64,000 nt of DNA from Hydrolagus affinis (taxonomy: Eukaryota). The stretch lies in assembly GCA_012026655.1 (NCBI GenBank), contig JAAILG010000006.1, positions 1-64,000 of the forward strand. The letters are read 5' to 3'. The notes beneath the pieces are model-generated. The model was not told the origin of the DNA. It was given only the letters and a program-made list of their open reading frames with translations, and did no database searches. How positions within the stretch are numbered: position 1 is the stretch's first letter; every line of letters begins with the position of its first letter. Of this stretch, positions 50,621 to 63,390 are shown piece after piece. A program made the position numbers and the translations under genes.

Positions 50621-52284
50621 CACAAAATGGATTAAATTTGCATAAAAAATGGCACAACAGGGACAAAGGAAGGTTTTGCTCCAGTTTTCCAGCTACCCTT
50701 ATGTTTGTGCCGTGCTCTACAGGCTTATTTGATTATTTGGTTTCTGCCTCCGGTGTTTTAATTGCTGGAAGAAAAAAAAATCATCTTAAAATAATGATCG
50801 AATTAATTAATATGCCGTTGTTACCCTTTTTGTTGTTGCTGGCATTTTCTCCTGAAGGTATGAGCTGTACAGTCGGGCCAATTGCAGCGCTATTCAACAC
50901 ATAGAACTGATGCTGAGGTTTCCCCCCTGTTCTGGGATAACTGCTCTCAATCCCATCCCAGGATTGGCTGAAGAAGCCTGGTGCTGGAGAGAAGAAAAGC
51001 ATTCATGTTTTTGGGGTCTGGTTCCATCAGCCGTGACTGCTTATCTGCTATCTGACCCAATTAGTTCATTTTCATTTGCAAGTGTGGCTAGTAAATGTTG
51101 GCAGGATGTGTGACCACCCAAGACTTCATGGCTCCACTTCCTCAATGCCTGAACAACTAACTGGCCATTGGGCAGTGATCACAAATAAACTGTCTTTTTT
51201 TGCGCTTGATGTGTTTCTATTAATTCTCCGTGGTTCAAAATACATTTATCACCCATCTAACTTACCGATGACAGATTTATGCTTTCTCCATAAACACCAA
51301 CGATGGGACAATTGATTGAGACTCAGCCTGTACTACTCGACTCTGACTATTGCATATGTTCATGGCACTGCACTTCAGCAAAAAACTGGGTTACGTGATT
51401 TATTGCAAAAGGAAGAAAAACAACACTAGACACGTCAATAGCAGTAAAGCTGTCGACTCGGAGAGAGATTTCATTGCAACTTATGGCGTGATTAGCTTCT
51501 TTGATATGTTCCATTTTTTAAAAAAACTTCATATGATAGGAAAAAGGTATAGTTTAATAAAAAAAATGCTTTTGGAAAGCTCTAGTTTGAATCACTAAAC
51601 CTGCAGGAACTGTGCTTTGATAAAACCTCCAATGGTTATTTCTGAATCTTACTGAACATGCCATTATTCAATTATACTGGCATCAGAAACTCAAGCTTCT
51701 GGTTGATACCAGAAGGTTGTCTGGGATATTAAGGACTATGTGCATTGCTGGTTAATCCAGGCAATCATGAATGACAAAGATTATTGTTGGGTATTGTGCT
51801 ATTTGTTCCAACAAGTTAGCAATTCAATTCATCATTGTTTCTTCCCCTGTAAGGGAAGCTTTGGGACATGCAATGGAATAGGATTTGGACTTAAATTAAA
51901 GCCAACATAAATAAAGTGTGTGTACGCTTCTAAGAGCATCAATCATTACTGTTTCATATTTCCTGTGAGGCGCTGGAAACACTGAAGTACCTGAATGTAC
52001 AGTGACTTCTTGTCAAGCAAACCTGCCAAGTGTGGCTCATTAGCGGTGACAGACACTCATGATGGTTAAAAATGAAACCCATTCCGTTGAAAGTCACTCT
52101 TCAGAATAAACACAATGCCGTGAGTTCATTTGACAATCATTTGTTTTACTGCTGCTGACAGCCCTGCACTGCAAAAGACGTGTGATTTGTCCCACACTGC
52201 CATCTACCTGTCAGACTTTCTGCTGGTTGCTGAGTCTCAATTACTCTTAAAAGATTGGCATTAGGCAAAAGCAATAGTGCAATA

Positions 52285-52438
52285 AGTGGCTCAGTTGGTA
52301 GCCTCTGAGTTAGGTTGTGGGTTCAAGGCCCAGTTCGTGACTTTCAACGCAGTTTGTCTATGATGACACTCCAGTGCAGTACTGGGTGTTTGCTGTGTTG
52401 TCAGATGTGCTGTCCTGTGAATGAAACATTAAGATGAT
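52285..52438 (+). mobile_element. 5' part of an old Deu SINE (tRNA head)
   Basis: gtggctcagttggtagc..ggttgtgggttcaaggcc..gacactccagtgcagtactg. Confidence 0.7.
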
Positions 52439-53733
52439 GAACAACTTTCTTCTGTGCCATATCATTTTTATGGTTCTATTTCATCTCATGTCAGTGCAGC
52501 TAAAATAGCCCGTGCCAATATTATGCTTGCTCAGAACATCGTTAATGCAGCTGCATTATAAAATGTGCAGAACTTTTCTCCCTTGCCAAAGATTGCCTTT
52601 CATAAATTGTGTGAATCCTTGCATTGCACTGCTCTTCCCTCTACGGACAGTCCAGTTGCTTGCTCTCAAGATGAAGCGGACTAATTTTTCTCACAACTCC
52701 AATGTTTACAACCTTTCCAAAGAAACTGCTATTGTTTTAATCTTTTTTTTGGACCTCTGATGATGTATCCATTTTTATTGCCAAATCCTTCATCTGTCAA
52801 ATCCTTCACTTCCTGGCATTAACCACAACTCAGCTCCTGATGGTATTCCTGCTATTGTTGTCAAGAAATGTACGTCCAAATTGACCCATCTGTATTGCCA
52901 TTTCTACATCCTCTAACCTCAGCCCACCTTTCCAAAGGCTTGTCATTTGGTAGGTGATTCTTCCCTTAACTATGACTCTATCTCTTACTCTCTCAACTTT
53001 CCCATTGATCATATTGAAACTTTCCCTTCTTTAATATTAATATTTCTGTAGCATTGCTTCATTAAATCTTCCTTGCTTATTCTTCCCAAGGTCCAAAAAG
53101 CCCTTCCATCAGGCTCTTCCCCTGAAAACCCCTGTGCATCTGAAGAACTAGAATTTGGCGAGAGATGTGCCTGATCAATGTAAGTGGAGCAGATGGTACA
53201 CTGCAGATTAAGCAGAAATACAGCAACTCGCTATGACCATTCAAACTGAAATGTGTCTGCAATAAAATTGAAAGTATGTAATAAATTCATAGAATCAATA
53301 TGGATGGATGGTTAAGCAGCAAAATGTTTGTAATGAGAAAATGTCCTGCATTATTGTCTTGAATCTGGTAGGAGTGACAAACAGTATATCTAAGATAACA
53401 ACAGAGTTGGGAAAGCAACTAGTGATTTGTACTGTTTCGGTTATTACAGGCTGGAGAAAAATGGCATGTAGTTGTTTTCTGGACAACGTTTGGGATCTGT
53501 TTATTTTGCTAATGGAAGTTGTAAATGTAGTATTATCACAAACGTTCAGTGGCCACACATTAAAGAAATAGTCTGAATGTTGCTCAATGCAGATCTATGC
53601 GTCAGAATTGCTCATTTGGCAGCATTCTTAAACCTCCAATTCTACATCAAATACATTTATTATTCTTATTATGATTGATGGTTTTGTATCACATTTTTGG
53701 CAATTGATGGCATGCAATGACAAATGCTGAGTA

Positions 53734-54126
53734 CAGTAAAACCTCGATAATCCGGCACGGTTGGGCCCAATCACATTCCAGATTTCGCCAGTGTTTAGAA
53801 ACCTACTTAGAAATCACTGGAGAAGATTCACCTCATACATCATCTGTGCTGTAAACAGAGCACTGAAGCCCCAAAATGTTCAAATTCCACCTACAGTGCC
53901 GGATGACAGAGCGGTGACACTGTGAACAGCAACAACAAAATTACATTTATAGAGCGCGCTTCATGTTGGGAGGATGTCCCAAGGCGTGAACTACAAACAG
54001 CTGTTCCGAACTTCGGCAGGTTTGCCGGACATCGGAAAAAAAATCTGATGCTGTATGTAATTTGAAATCTTGCTGGTTTTAGGGAGTTGCCGGCTTTCGG
54101 AATGTCGGGTTGTCAAAGTTTTACTG
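53734..54126. mobile_element. Tigger/pogo-type MITE carrying a nested L2 tail
   Basis: TA-cagtaaaacctcgataatccggca ... tgtcgggttgtcaaagttttactg-TA. Antisense L2 tail at 53928-53985 flanked by GTGAAC repeats. Confidence 0.85.
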
Positions 54127-56427
54127 TATTACAAGTTGGTCCTTTGAGGTCTTGAAATTTCACCTAGTTTCACTTAGCGAGACCAATTGTATCTCAAAAA
54201 TTTTCAGAATAACAGAATGGTTAAATCTATCAATTTGGAAATTGGTTGTCCGTAGTTCGTGAAACCGAACAGGGGTTCAAATTAAGACTGAATTTTAAGA
54301 ATTCACCACAATGAAATTTTTAAAACAACATGGACTAGAACAGGCTAAGGTTGGGTGAACTTTGAGGCCTCTGATGCCTGCATTCGGCTGCACTGCTCAG
54401 ACGTGAACACTCAACAGAAACAAATTCTGAAGAACTACTTGATGTTTGTCAAATACAGGGCCGTGCGAGAATGTTTACTCTAACCCAAGTGAATGACTGC
54501 ACTATTGGCAAGGGAATTAAGCAATAGATGCCCAGCAATTAGAATTGTTACAATAAGCCCCCTTTGACAAGAGCCAAAATACCTCCGCCCTCATCTGAAT
54601 CAATCTAGCACTTCAGTTTTATTAATATTTCTTTCTCATGAATAAATTAATTAATCCTGGCTGTACTAACAGTACAGACAATTAAACAACAAATTGAAGA
54701 GATAAGTAGAGCATTGATTCAATCGACTCCCATGACATGAAATATCCAATAAGAAAACTCAGATTTATTCTGCACATTGGAGCACTACCAATCACATGGT
54801 AGACAAGGTCACTGTTGGATCCATATTGCATTGAATAAACCCCACTCACTGCCACACACACACACATAAAATGCTTTCTGCTAAAAATGATGAATTTCCA
54901 CTGAGGAGAATTGCTTGATGATCTCCCTTTTTTCAGTGAGATGTGACATTCGTGGTAATCAGATTCTTATTTTCAATATCTTTCTACGCAAGTGTGATGA
55001 ATGCTACCTTTTTGATTTTGAAGCTACATCAATGAAACCAATCGAGCCAATATTAATGGGAGTCATCAAAGAAGCCTGTTGAGAGCAAAGTTATCAGTGT
55101 TCAGAGACATTCGTGCTCCACGGGCTGCCTCCTTTTTTTTCTCTTCTGGCATATTTGGGAATGAAAAAGCATTAGGATTGTTAATAAATAAGGTATTACG
55201 AGAGAACGATGGATTCAACATTGAACAATGGGAGCCCTAGCCAATGCAGAGTCATAGAGGCATAAGGATCCATACAAATCCAGGCCAGGATAACAACCCA
55301 TATTGTTGGGATCATTTGTCAAGTAGTAGTACACTCTAATGCTACACTCCACCAATGGAGCAAAGAGAGGCAAGGGCAAGGTCCAATTGTTCTTAAATGG
55401 AGCAGTTCCAAAGCACTCATTCTCTAGCAGAATTTAAATGGAGGGTTTCAATTTCAAACAGGATTCTTCAATGAAGGAATTGATGTGGAGTCTTCTTTCT
55501 GCAGCCAATCGTACATCTCCCAGATGGAAAGATTGCAAAAGGTACATCGCATCATAGGGGAGTTCCTGCCAGAAGAGAGTAATGTGCATCCAGATTTCTT
55601 GATTGAAGAACCCCATTTGAGCTCGCTCCGTGTTTGAGATCCCCGGCGCCACTTAAATAAGTGTACGTACATTGACCTTGGCAAATCTACCAAAATGAAC
55701 AAACAAATACAACCGAATAAAAAGCACAGACAAATGCAAGCTCCATAAAAAAACAACTACCAAGTACAGGAGCATTCAATTACTTTTCAATGCTACTTAT
55801 ATGCTGAGCAGCAGTGATTGAGCAACTAGTGTATATGATGTATTTCTAAATTAAATATACCTCATTTGTTGGTCTGTTCATAAGAAATTGTAACAAAAAT
55901 GAATCTTTTCATAACCTTGAGTGATTGAAAATAGTTTCATATTCTGAACTGACAACATGCACAAGTGGGAGCAGAATTTTTATGTTCCCAGCGAGCAAGA
56001 AACTGATTAAAAATATGCATATAGCTTGGTGCCTTTCTCCGAATAGAACTCATAAATTTAGTTTTAATATTTTATTTTTTTCAGCGATTTTCTTTTGAAT
56101 TACAGAATCTCCTTAAAAATATCAGACAATAAAGTCCGCTTTATAGCAATCATTAATACATTTTGTCTTTGGTTGAATTAAATAGAGCTCAGTTAATAAA
56201 AACAATTATGAAAACCTGGTTTCGACAAAATATAAGTTTGTGGGAATATTACCATATAAATCATCTAATGCCCATCAGATCTCATTTCCAATTTGCAAAG
56301 TGTTGCTTTTTACACCTCTAATTGCAATAATAAATGGTGTATTATTCCACAAACAGTGGAGTCTAACATGCAGCTTGTGCTCACTGTAATAAGTAATCCT
56401 TACATTTAGTATAGCCCCTTTCTTGTC

Positions 56428-56861
56428 AGGAGGGTTCAATTCAAGATCCTTGTCCTCACCTGCAAAGCCCTCCATGGCCTCGCTCCCACTACCTCTGTGA
56501 TTTCCTAACCCCCTAGCAACCTGCCCGTTCCCTCTGCTCTGGCCTGCTTCACATCCCCCTGCCTTGCTCACCCCACCATTGGCGGGTGGGCCTCCGGCCA
56601 CTCTGCCCTCACCCTCTGGAACTCCATCCCGCAGTCCCTCCACATCGTCCCCTCCCTTGCCTCCTTGAATCTAGATGCATCTCAAGATTGACCGTGCTTT
56701 TGACCGTGCCTTCGATCACCCTCCTTCCCCCCGTCACTCCACCCTCCCCAATCCAGACCGCCCCCCCCACCCCAGCTCAGGTCTGAAACACTGACTGTCC
56801 AATGCTTTGGGACATCCTCCCGACATGAAAGACACTGTATACATGTGGTTGTTGTTGTTTG
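56428..56861 (+). mobile_element. LINE-2 3' fragment
   Basis: RVQFKILVLTCKALHGLAP..YLCD, LWNSIPQSL, stem-loop and (GTT)n tail. Confidence 0.93.
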
Positions 56862-58993
56862 TAAACCTTTCTTTGTGAGCATTCACCTCTGGGGAGTGAC
56901 AAGAGGCAGCTTATGAAATAATGAGAAATGTTGCTTTCATCTTTAATATACAAACCAACCACATGCATGTATTGATTGCTATAATGTGACAGCAATGTCA
57001 TGTGAATAAATATTCGAAGAACAATATAAAAAGGCATGATAAGAAGAGCAGAGAATTGGGATTAAATGTATGTACATTGCAGTGAAGGAACTAGCACCCT
57101 TTTATGATTGAGGATGAAAATTGACTCCCGCTGAGCTGAACCTCTAGTTCTGTGAACGCATACAATGTGGCACATGGGAATATTTAGATTGTTTTGCTTG
57201 TGATGAAAGCCTCCCCAACTCAATCATCCTCTGTGAGGTGTTATGCTACCATTACCAGCTAGGTGCATAGGTAGAGTACACTCTGTTCTCTATCATATCC
57301 CAGTTGTTAATTCTTTGGGGGTATATGTGTGTGTGTGTGGCCTTTTCACTTCTGAAGGAATCCCTGAGAAGAGAGAGAATGAAGAATGTCTCGCTGTCTC
57401 ACTGTATTCCTTCCTGCTTTTAAGTTATGACTTGATATGAGTGAAAGAGCGCTGGTCTCTGGTGACATATTTTGTTTATTCCACAGGAATCAATGCTATC
57501 TTGCTGCCCGTGAGAGACAGGATTTTAATTTAATTGTAAAATTCTAGGTGTGACTGCCAGCCAGCAATTGAAAATTTACACAAGTAAATTATCATATTTC
57601 TGTTCCACTAATCTGACGTATCGCTTCATTGGGCACAAACAACATAGTCACTCCCATAGAATGAGCAGATGCCACTATATTGGTAAGGATGCCTTGCCGG
57701 CTTTATTATACCAGCCTTAGAGAGTCCAATAATTCATATGCTTTGGCATTTTTGTTTTGCAAATATGTTATTTTTTGAGAGGTGGAGGTGAAGGGAGGAA
57801 TTCTCGCTGAGACGAATGAATTGCTTTTGGCCAGAGACAGTGGAAAATAATAGTAAAGGGATCAGCAGCAAATACAAATACAAATACACTCAAGTGAATC
57901 AACTGTGTCTTCGTTCAACATTCTAATTTAATTATGGAAATGCAATCACTTGAGGAGCCATAGGATCAACTTGGGGCTCACTTAACTCAGAAATGAAACT
58001 AAGGAAATTAAACATTCAGAGTCGTGCTCCCTGACTGAAAGCAAAGAATACCAGCTGATGGGCTGTCTGGGGAATTCTAAAATTGTTCGACCTTTGCCTC
58101 CCGGCTACAGATGAACAGTTCCTACTTGGCGCTGTGCCAAATCCGGAAAAAAAACTCCGCTATTTTATGATCACAAGCAGTTGCTCCCATCTAAGGCTGG
58201 TAATGAAATAAATCGGATCAAAATGCACACTTAGTTCTTATCATTACAAACTTATGGTGACTGTCAAAGTTGATCTCATCATGAGTTTTACAATACAACC
58301 AATTGTTCTCCTGCGCTTTTTAAGTATTTTGAGATTAGGGTGTGCTATTATGACTTTGTGCTCTGTGGTTATAATGAGGTTTGACTTTACTTACGGTAAT
58401 GTGTTATTCAACACACACAGTACGTTTCTAGGCAAAGGCCAAAAATATATCTCAACTCCTCGGTAACAGAGGACATTAACTGTAGGACATTAGCTCCCAC
58501 TTCAATTACAGGCAAGGAGCTATCAGGATCCAGAAATCCCAATTAAAATCGAGTAACATTTGAAGCACAAAATCTGTGTAGAATCCCAGAGTTATATTTG
58601 TAGAAATTGATTAAGTCATTATTTTACGACGAGCACAATAATTCACCAAATAACATTGTGTGAGAGTAGATGGAGTGATCTGTAACGTTAACACTCCATC
58701 AGGTTGTGTGAAGTCGATTTATTTGGAATATGTTGAGTGGTTTGTTCAATCTACATTTTAGAAATAATTGAAGTTTACTGACACCAAACCATTTTGACTC
58801 AACTTTCATTCTCACCCCGCTGGCGTGATGCAAGATGCTCCCTGGTTCTTCATCCCATCAGAACATGACTTCAAACAAGAAATTTAAAAATGGTTCAGCC
58901 AACGTAAAAACTCAGTTCATGATGTGCAAAGAGTTTTTATTGCTGTGTAGCGTGTTTCACCGTTGCTACGATTCATCCGGTTTGCTGCGCGTG

Positions 58994-59056
58994 GCAACGA
59001 CAACAATTTGCATTTGTATCGCACCTTTCACATCGAGGGAGCGTCCCAAGGCATTG
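58994..59056 (-). mobile_element. Ultra-short L2 3' terminus
   Basis: caacgacaacaatttgcatttgtatcgcacctttcacatcgagggagcgtcccaaggc. Confidence 0.75.
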
Positions 59057-59240
59057 TAATTTTATAAAATATTATCTGGGATTCTACACAGATTTTGTGC
59101 TTCTGTTGGTCATTGCTGCATTCAGATTGGTTCCTGAACACTATACAATCACAAAACAGTGAGTCTCCTGAAGTGCTACAAGACATCTTGATGATGTGAT
59201 AAGATGCCACATCAAATGCAAGCATTATTATTTATTATCA

Positions 59241-59562
59241 TAATAATAATCCTTGCAGTTGATATCGCGCTTTTCACATCTTATCGACGTCCCAAAGCGC
59301 TTCACAGAATATACTGTAAAGTTAATTGACTGTATATTTGTGGGCGAATCGCGGCAGCCAATTGCACACAGCAATGTCCCACAAACAGTCGTGGATTGAA
59401 ATGACCAATTTTATTATTTTATTATTTTTTTGGACGGATTATTATTATTATTAGATTGTCTAAGGTTTCGCCCTGACCTGCCAGGATTCGAACACAAGTC
59501 TCCCCATCTTGGTCTCCCCTGCTTGCAAGATGAGTGCACTAACCACTAAGCCACAGGAGCTC
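59241..59562 (-). mobile_element. Full-length young SINE (14-bp head-duplication subfamily), tail-to-tail with an older SINE tail (about 59165-59238)
   Basis: Complete tail, body and head; duplicated units at 59498-59511 and 59512-59525. Confidence 0.93.
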
Positions 59563-59844
59563 GAGTACACATTGCCAAGTACAGTATCAGTATGTTGCGC
59601 AGGCTCTCCAACAGACTATGTTGTTTGTTTTTATTTACCACATTAACAGTCAATTTCCCAGAGGAGTCGTTCCAATTTCCCATCACACAGCAGCAGCACA
59701 ACAGTCTAATGAGTCATTTTGTTCAACCAGTTGATTTGCATCAGTGAAGGAGAGTTTGGTGTGGAGAACCCAAATGGCTCATTTCAAAACTGTCAAAATT
59801 CTACAGGATTGCGTGGCAAGGAGTGTTAGAGTATTAGAATCATT

Positions 59845-60080
59845 GGGAGTATTAACAATGCCCGTCTTCCACCTCTGGGACCTTGGCTTGAATCCAAATA
59901 AAACAGATGGGAGAGTCCTCCTCTCTTGGTTTAGAATGGTCTACAGGGAACTGAGGTCTGTCATTCTCAATCATGTTTCTAATAAGTCAACACGTACAAC
60001 GCTGCCCTGAACCTGAATTCAGCACTAATTGGCACTGTTGTCACAATTTAGTTCTAAAAAGCCAGGACCATGAGCTGGAT
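59845..60080 (+). mobile_element. LF-SINE-like ancient SINE
   Basis: cttccacctctgggacc..ggcttgaatcca, gcactaattggcac and gccaggac in the order remembered for LF-SINE. Confidence 0.6.
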
Positions 60081-60419
60081 ATGGTAAGCTATCAGAATTA
60101 TCACCTCAGTGCAGCACCTCTATATTTTGTAATTCCTACACATTGTCTAGGGAATCCAGGGGGTGCCTCGATGTGGTCGAATTTTAAATCTCAAGAGTTC
60201 ATATAATAGCAGCAGGTAAAATTGCATCTGTTTTAAAGAAAGAAAATAAAAACAAAGTCTCGGGCTTTCCCACTCTTAGTCATTTCTCTGCACCTCCCTC
60301 TAAACACGTACGTACACAAAAAAAACACCTCCACACGCTGATAAAAGACTGTGTATGAGGCATTACACAATGACTGTGTGTATTGGGCACACACCTCTGG
60401 GTGGGAATTGAGGCCAGAG

Positions 60420-60640
60420 TCAACAACAACAATGTTCGCATTTACATAGGATCCTTCGTGTATGACAACACATTGGAGAGGTTCACAGTGGTGAGGTTGG
60501 ATCAGAGCAAGAGAGAAGGTAGAGTTTAGAGGTGACATGTTTAAAGAGGTAGGTTTTCAGGAATTTAAAGACAGAGTTGGATGAGGCATAGGTTAGCAGG
60601 AAGGAGTTTCAGAATTTAGGGGCATAGTTAATGAAGAGTA
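60420..60640 (-). mobile_element. Old LINE-2 3' fragment
   Basis: caacaacaacaatgttcgcatttacatag tail; aaagaggtaggttttcagg..ggagtttcaga. Confidence 0.65.
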
Positions 60641-60677
60641 CCACTGATGATAGCAGTGAGGGAGTATAACAATAATA

Positions 60678-60946
60678 TCCCCCGAATCCTCCGCTCCACC
60701 CTCTGCGGCCGTGCCTTCAGCCACTACGCCCCGAAGCTCTGAAACTCCCTTCCTTACTCCCTTCACCTCACCCCCCTCTCTTCCCAATTTCAGGTCATAG
60801 CTAAAGACCTTTCTCTTTGACCGCGCCTTTGGTCACCTTCCTACCGCTGCCCCCTGGCTCGGTCCCGGGATCTGCTACTGTGATATGCTCTGAGACGCCG
60901 TCCGGCGTGGAGGGCGCTATATAAATCAAAGTTGTTGTTGTTGTTC
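60678..60946 (+). mobile_element. LINE-2 3' end (different subfamily), abutted by an antisense SINE tail (60950-61017)
   Basis: LCGRAFSHYAPKL*NSLP..LKTFLFDRAFG, stem-loop acgcc-gtcc-ggcgt, (GTT)n tail. Confidence 0.9.
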
Positions 60947-62058
60947 TTGTAATAATCCTGGCATTTGTTATAGCGCTTTATCATATCTTTAAGATGTCTC
61001 AAAGCGCTTCACAGAATGACAGGATATGGGGAAAACGGGATTTCGATTTAGATGAACAGGCAACAGTGATATGGATACGATCAGTTGAGATGCCTTTTTT
61101 GGTTGTGTTTCTTTGTTTAGCTTTAATTGCCAGTCTCAATCAGACAGGCCAGCTAGGATGGCTGGAAAGAGAAAAATAGCAAATGTCACACTGGCGTGGT
61201 TTGAAGATGGTGCATTCCTCTGGAGATTGGAGTTGAGGATTAAAGTTAGGAGTGGATACTGTTGGGGGAGGTTACCCTGTGTTTGGTGCCAAGTGACAAT
61301 TGGTGTGTTAGACATTGCCCAGAAATAGGATGTATTGGTATTCCATTTCTGAGCATCACATAGTATATAAGTGTACTGTAACATTTTTCATCTCAAGAGT
61401 AGCAAATTCATGTTAAAAAAAAGTAGAGGGGGTGCGGAAAGTGGGGGGAGTGAAAGGAAGACACAATTGGAAGCATTTTTTTCATTGTAGTTGGATGGTT
61501 TATAAAAGGCAAAAAATAATGTTGTGTCACACTTAATATAGTTTGAACTGCTTATTAAATGAATAAATACACTACAGCTATCTACAGCCAGGGAGCTTCA
61601 GACACTATCATAGCTGTATAATAGCTTTTCATTTTAGCAAAGTGAGCATGATATGCTCCTTTAACTTGCTTGGGCTTCAGTCCACAGGGTATATTAGGCT
61701 TCCTTCACTGGCAAGTTTTGCTTAATTATCTTTCCAAAGTGCTTAATTTCTCAGAGTAAACCTGGAAACGAGCCATTCAGAATCGCTTCAGCTCGCGGCA
61801 TCTGCTCCCAGCAGTGGAGGAGGGGAACTGGAGGACAGGAATTGTCTTGGCTCAACTTTCTTGTGTTTGTGCCACACTACGCGTGCAGATAACACTAATA
61901 GTCCATTTATGCAACTAAACGTATACATTATTTATCCAGTTAAACGGTTAAAAGTCTCAGAGCGCTTTACGAAAATAAATCGACTCGAAATGATACTGAA
62001 TGTTATATCGGCAACTGATCTGAATCAGCTCCAGCCCCATGAATAAGAAGATTAGCTC

Positions 62059-62400
62059 GTGGAGCTCCTGTAGCTTAGTGGTTAGAGCACTCGTCTTGCA
62101 AGCTGGGGAGACCAAGCTGGGGAGACCTGTGTTCGAATCCAGGCAGGTCAGGGCGAAACCTTGGGCAAGTTTCCTCACTCCACACGCCTAATAATAATAC
62201 GTCTAAAAAATACCACAATAATAAAATTGGTCGTTTCAATCCACGACTGTTTGTGGGACATTGCTGTGCACAATTGGCTGCCGCGATTCGCCCACAAATA
62301 TACAGTCAATTCACTTTACGATACATTCTGTGAAGCGCTTTGGGACGTCGATAAGATGTGAAAAGCGCTATATCAAATGCAAGGATTATTATTATTATTA
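62059..62400 (+). mobile_element. Full-length young SINE (14-bp head-duplication subfamily)
   Basis: A-box tagcttagtgg 62071-62081, B-box gttcgaatcc 62131-62140, perfect duplication caagctggggagac at 62099-62112 and 62113-62126, CpGs retained, (TTA)n tail. Confidence 0.95.
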
Positions 62401-63199
62401 GACAATTGATTTGAATTTTGGGGGTAGATTTGTGGAGACTAATCTCATGCCAAAGGTATGTTAAAATTTTGAATGCATATGCATTTGATTTTGCACCACA
62501 AGTGAGTGAGGCTCTTAACTGCAGTGTAAGGCCACTGGGAAGCAAGTCGATTTCACCTCTTCTTTCCATTGGTTTTGTATGCAGTTCCCAGTGTGTGCTC
62601 ATCCAGAATATGTTAGAGTTTTTTTTTCTCTCTCCCACCTCATCTGCTTTGTTTTATGACCCAGTAACCCTACTCAGAAATCTGCTTCCCGTGGTTAATT
62701 TGCAAGCCGGTAACAAGCCTTTAGATTCTGTTTAAGATGCTTTCATTTAAGTGTTTAGCAAAAGATATATTGCAGCAATGTTATCTTTCTTAAAACCTTA
62801 TTCTGGATTGTACAATAGTTGAATGTCACTGTGAAGGTAAAAACATTCAAAAGTAATGTATCTAAAATAGACATCTCTGCTTTACTTAATATCCCAACAA
62901 CCTCTTTGTGTGATAAATGAGAAAAATATCCTATTTCTGTCAGTGCAATCTTTAGCATGTCTAATGCATCACCGACCTCTATCATTCTTCAACCTAACAA
63001 ACTAATAGTAATGCCATGTTATGTGGTGCACAATTCCACTATCTTTCAAACCCAATATCAATGACTTTTATGAGGTGACACAGTGGCGGAGAACAATGCT
63101 GTTTCATTGTCGAGGTCCTTCGAGTTAACGCTCTATTGCACAACATGGGATCGTATCATTTCTGTAAGATAGTCAACAGTAATTTGTGCAGGATAGCGA

Positions 63200-63390
63200 C
63201 TCAGAGCACTTAACAGAGTGCCTTACATCGAGCAGGGGGAAGGTGACCGTAGGTACGGTCCAACAGCGAGGACTTCAGGTATAATCCGAAAATGAGGAAA
63301 GAGGGGCAAGAGAGGGAGAGAGTTCCAAAGTTTTGGGGTGCAGTGTCTTAAAGATCGGCTGCTGATGGTGGAGCAGAGGGGACAAGGAAT
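63200..63390 (-). mobile_element. LINE-2 3' fragment
   Basis: Minus ORF reads STISSRSLRHCTPKLWNSLP. Confidence 0.75.
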
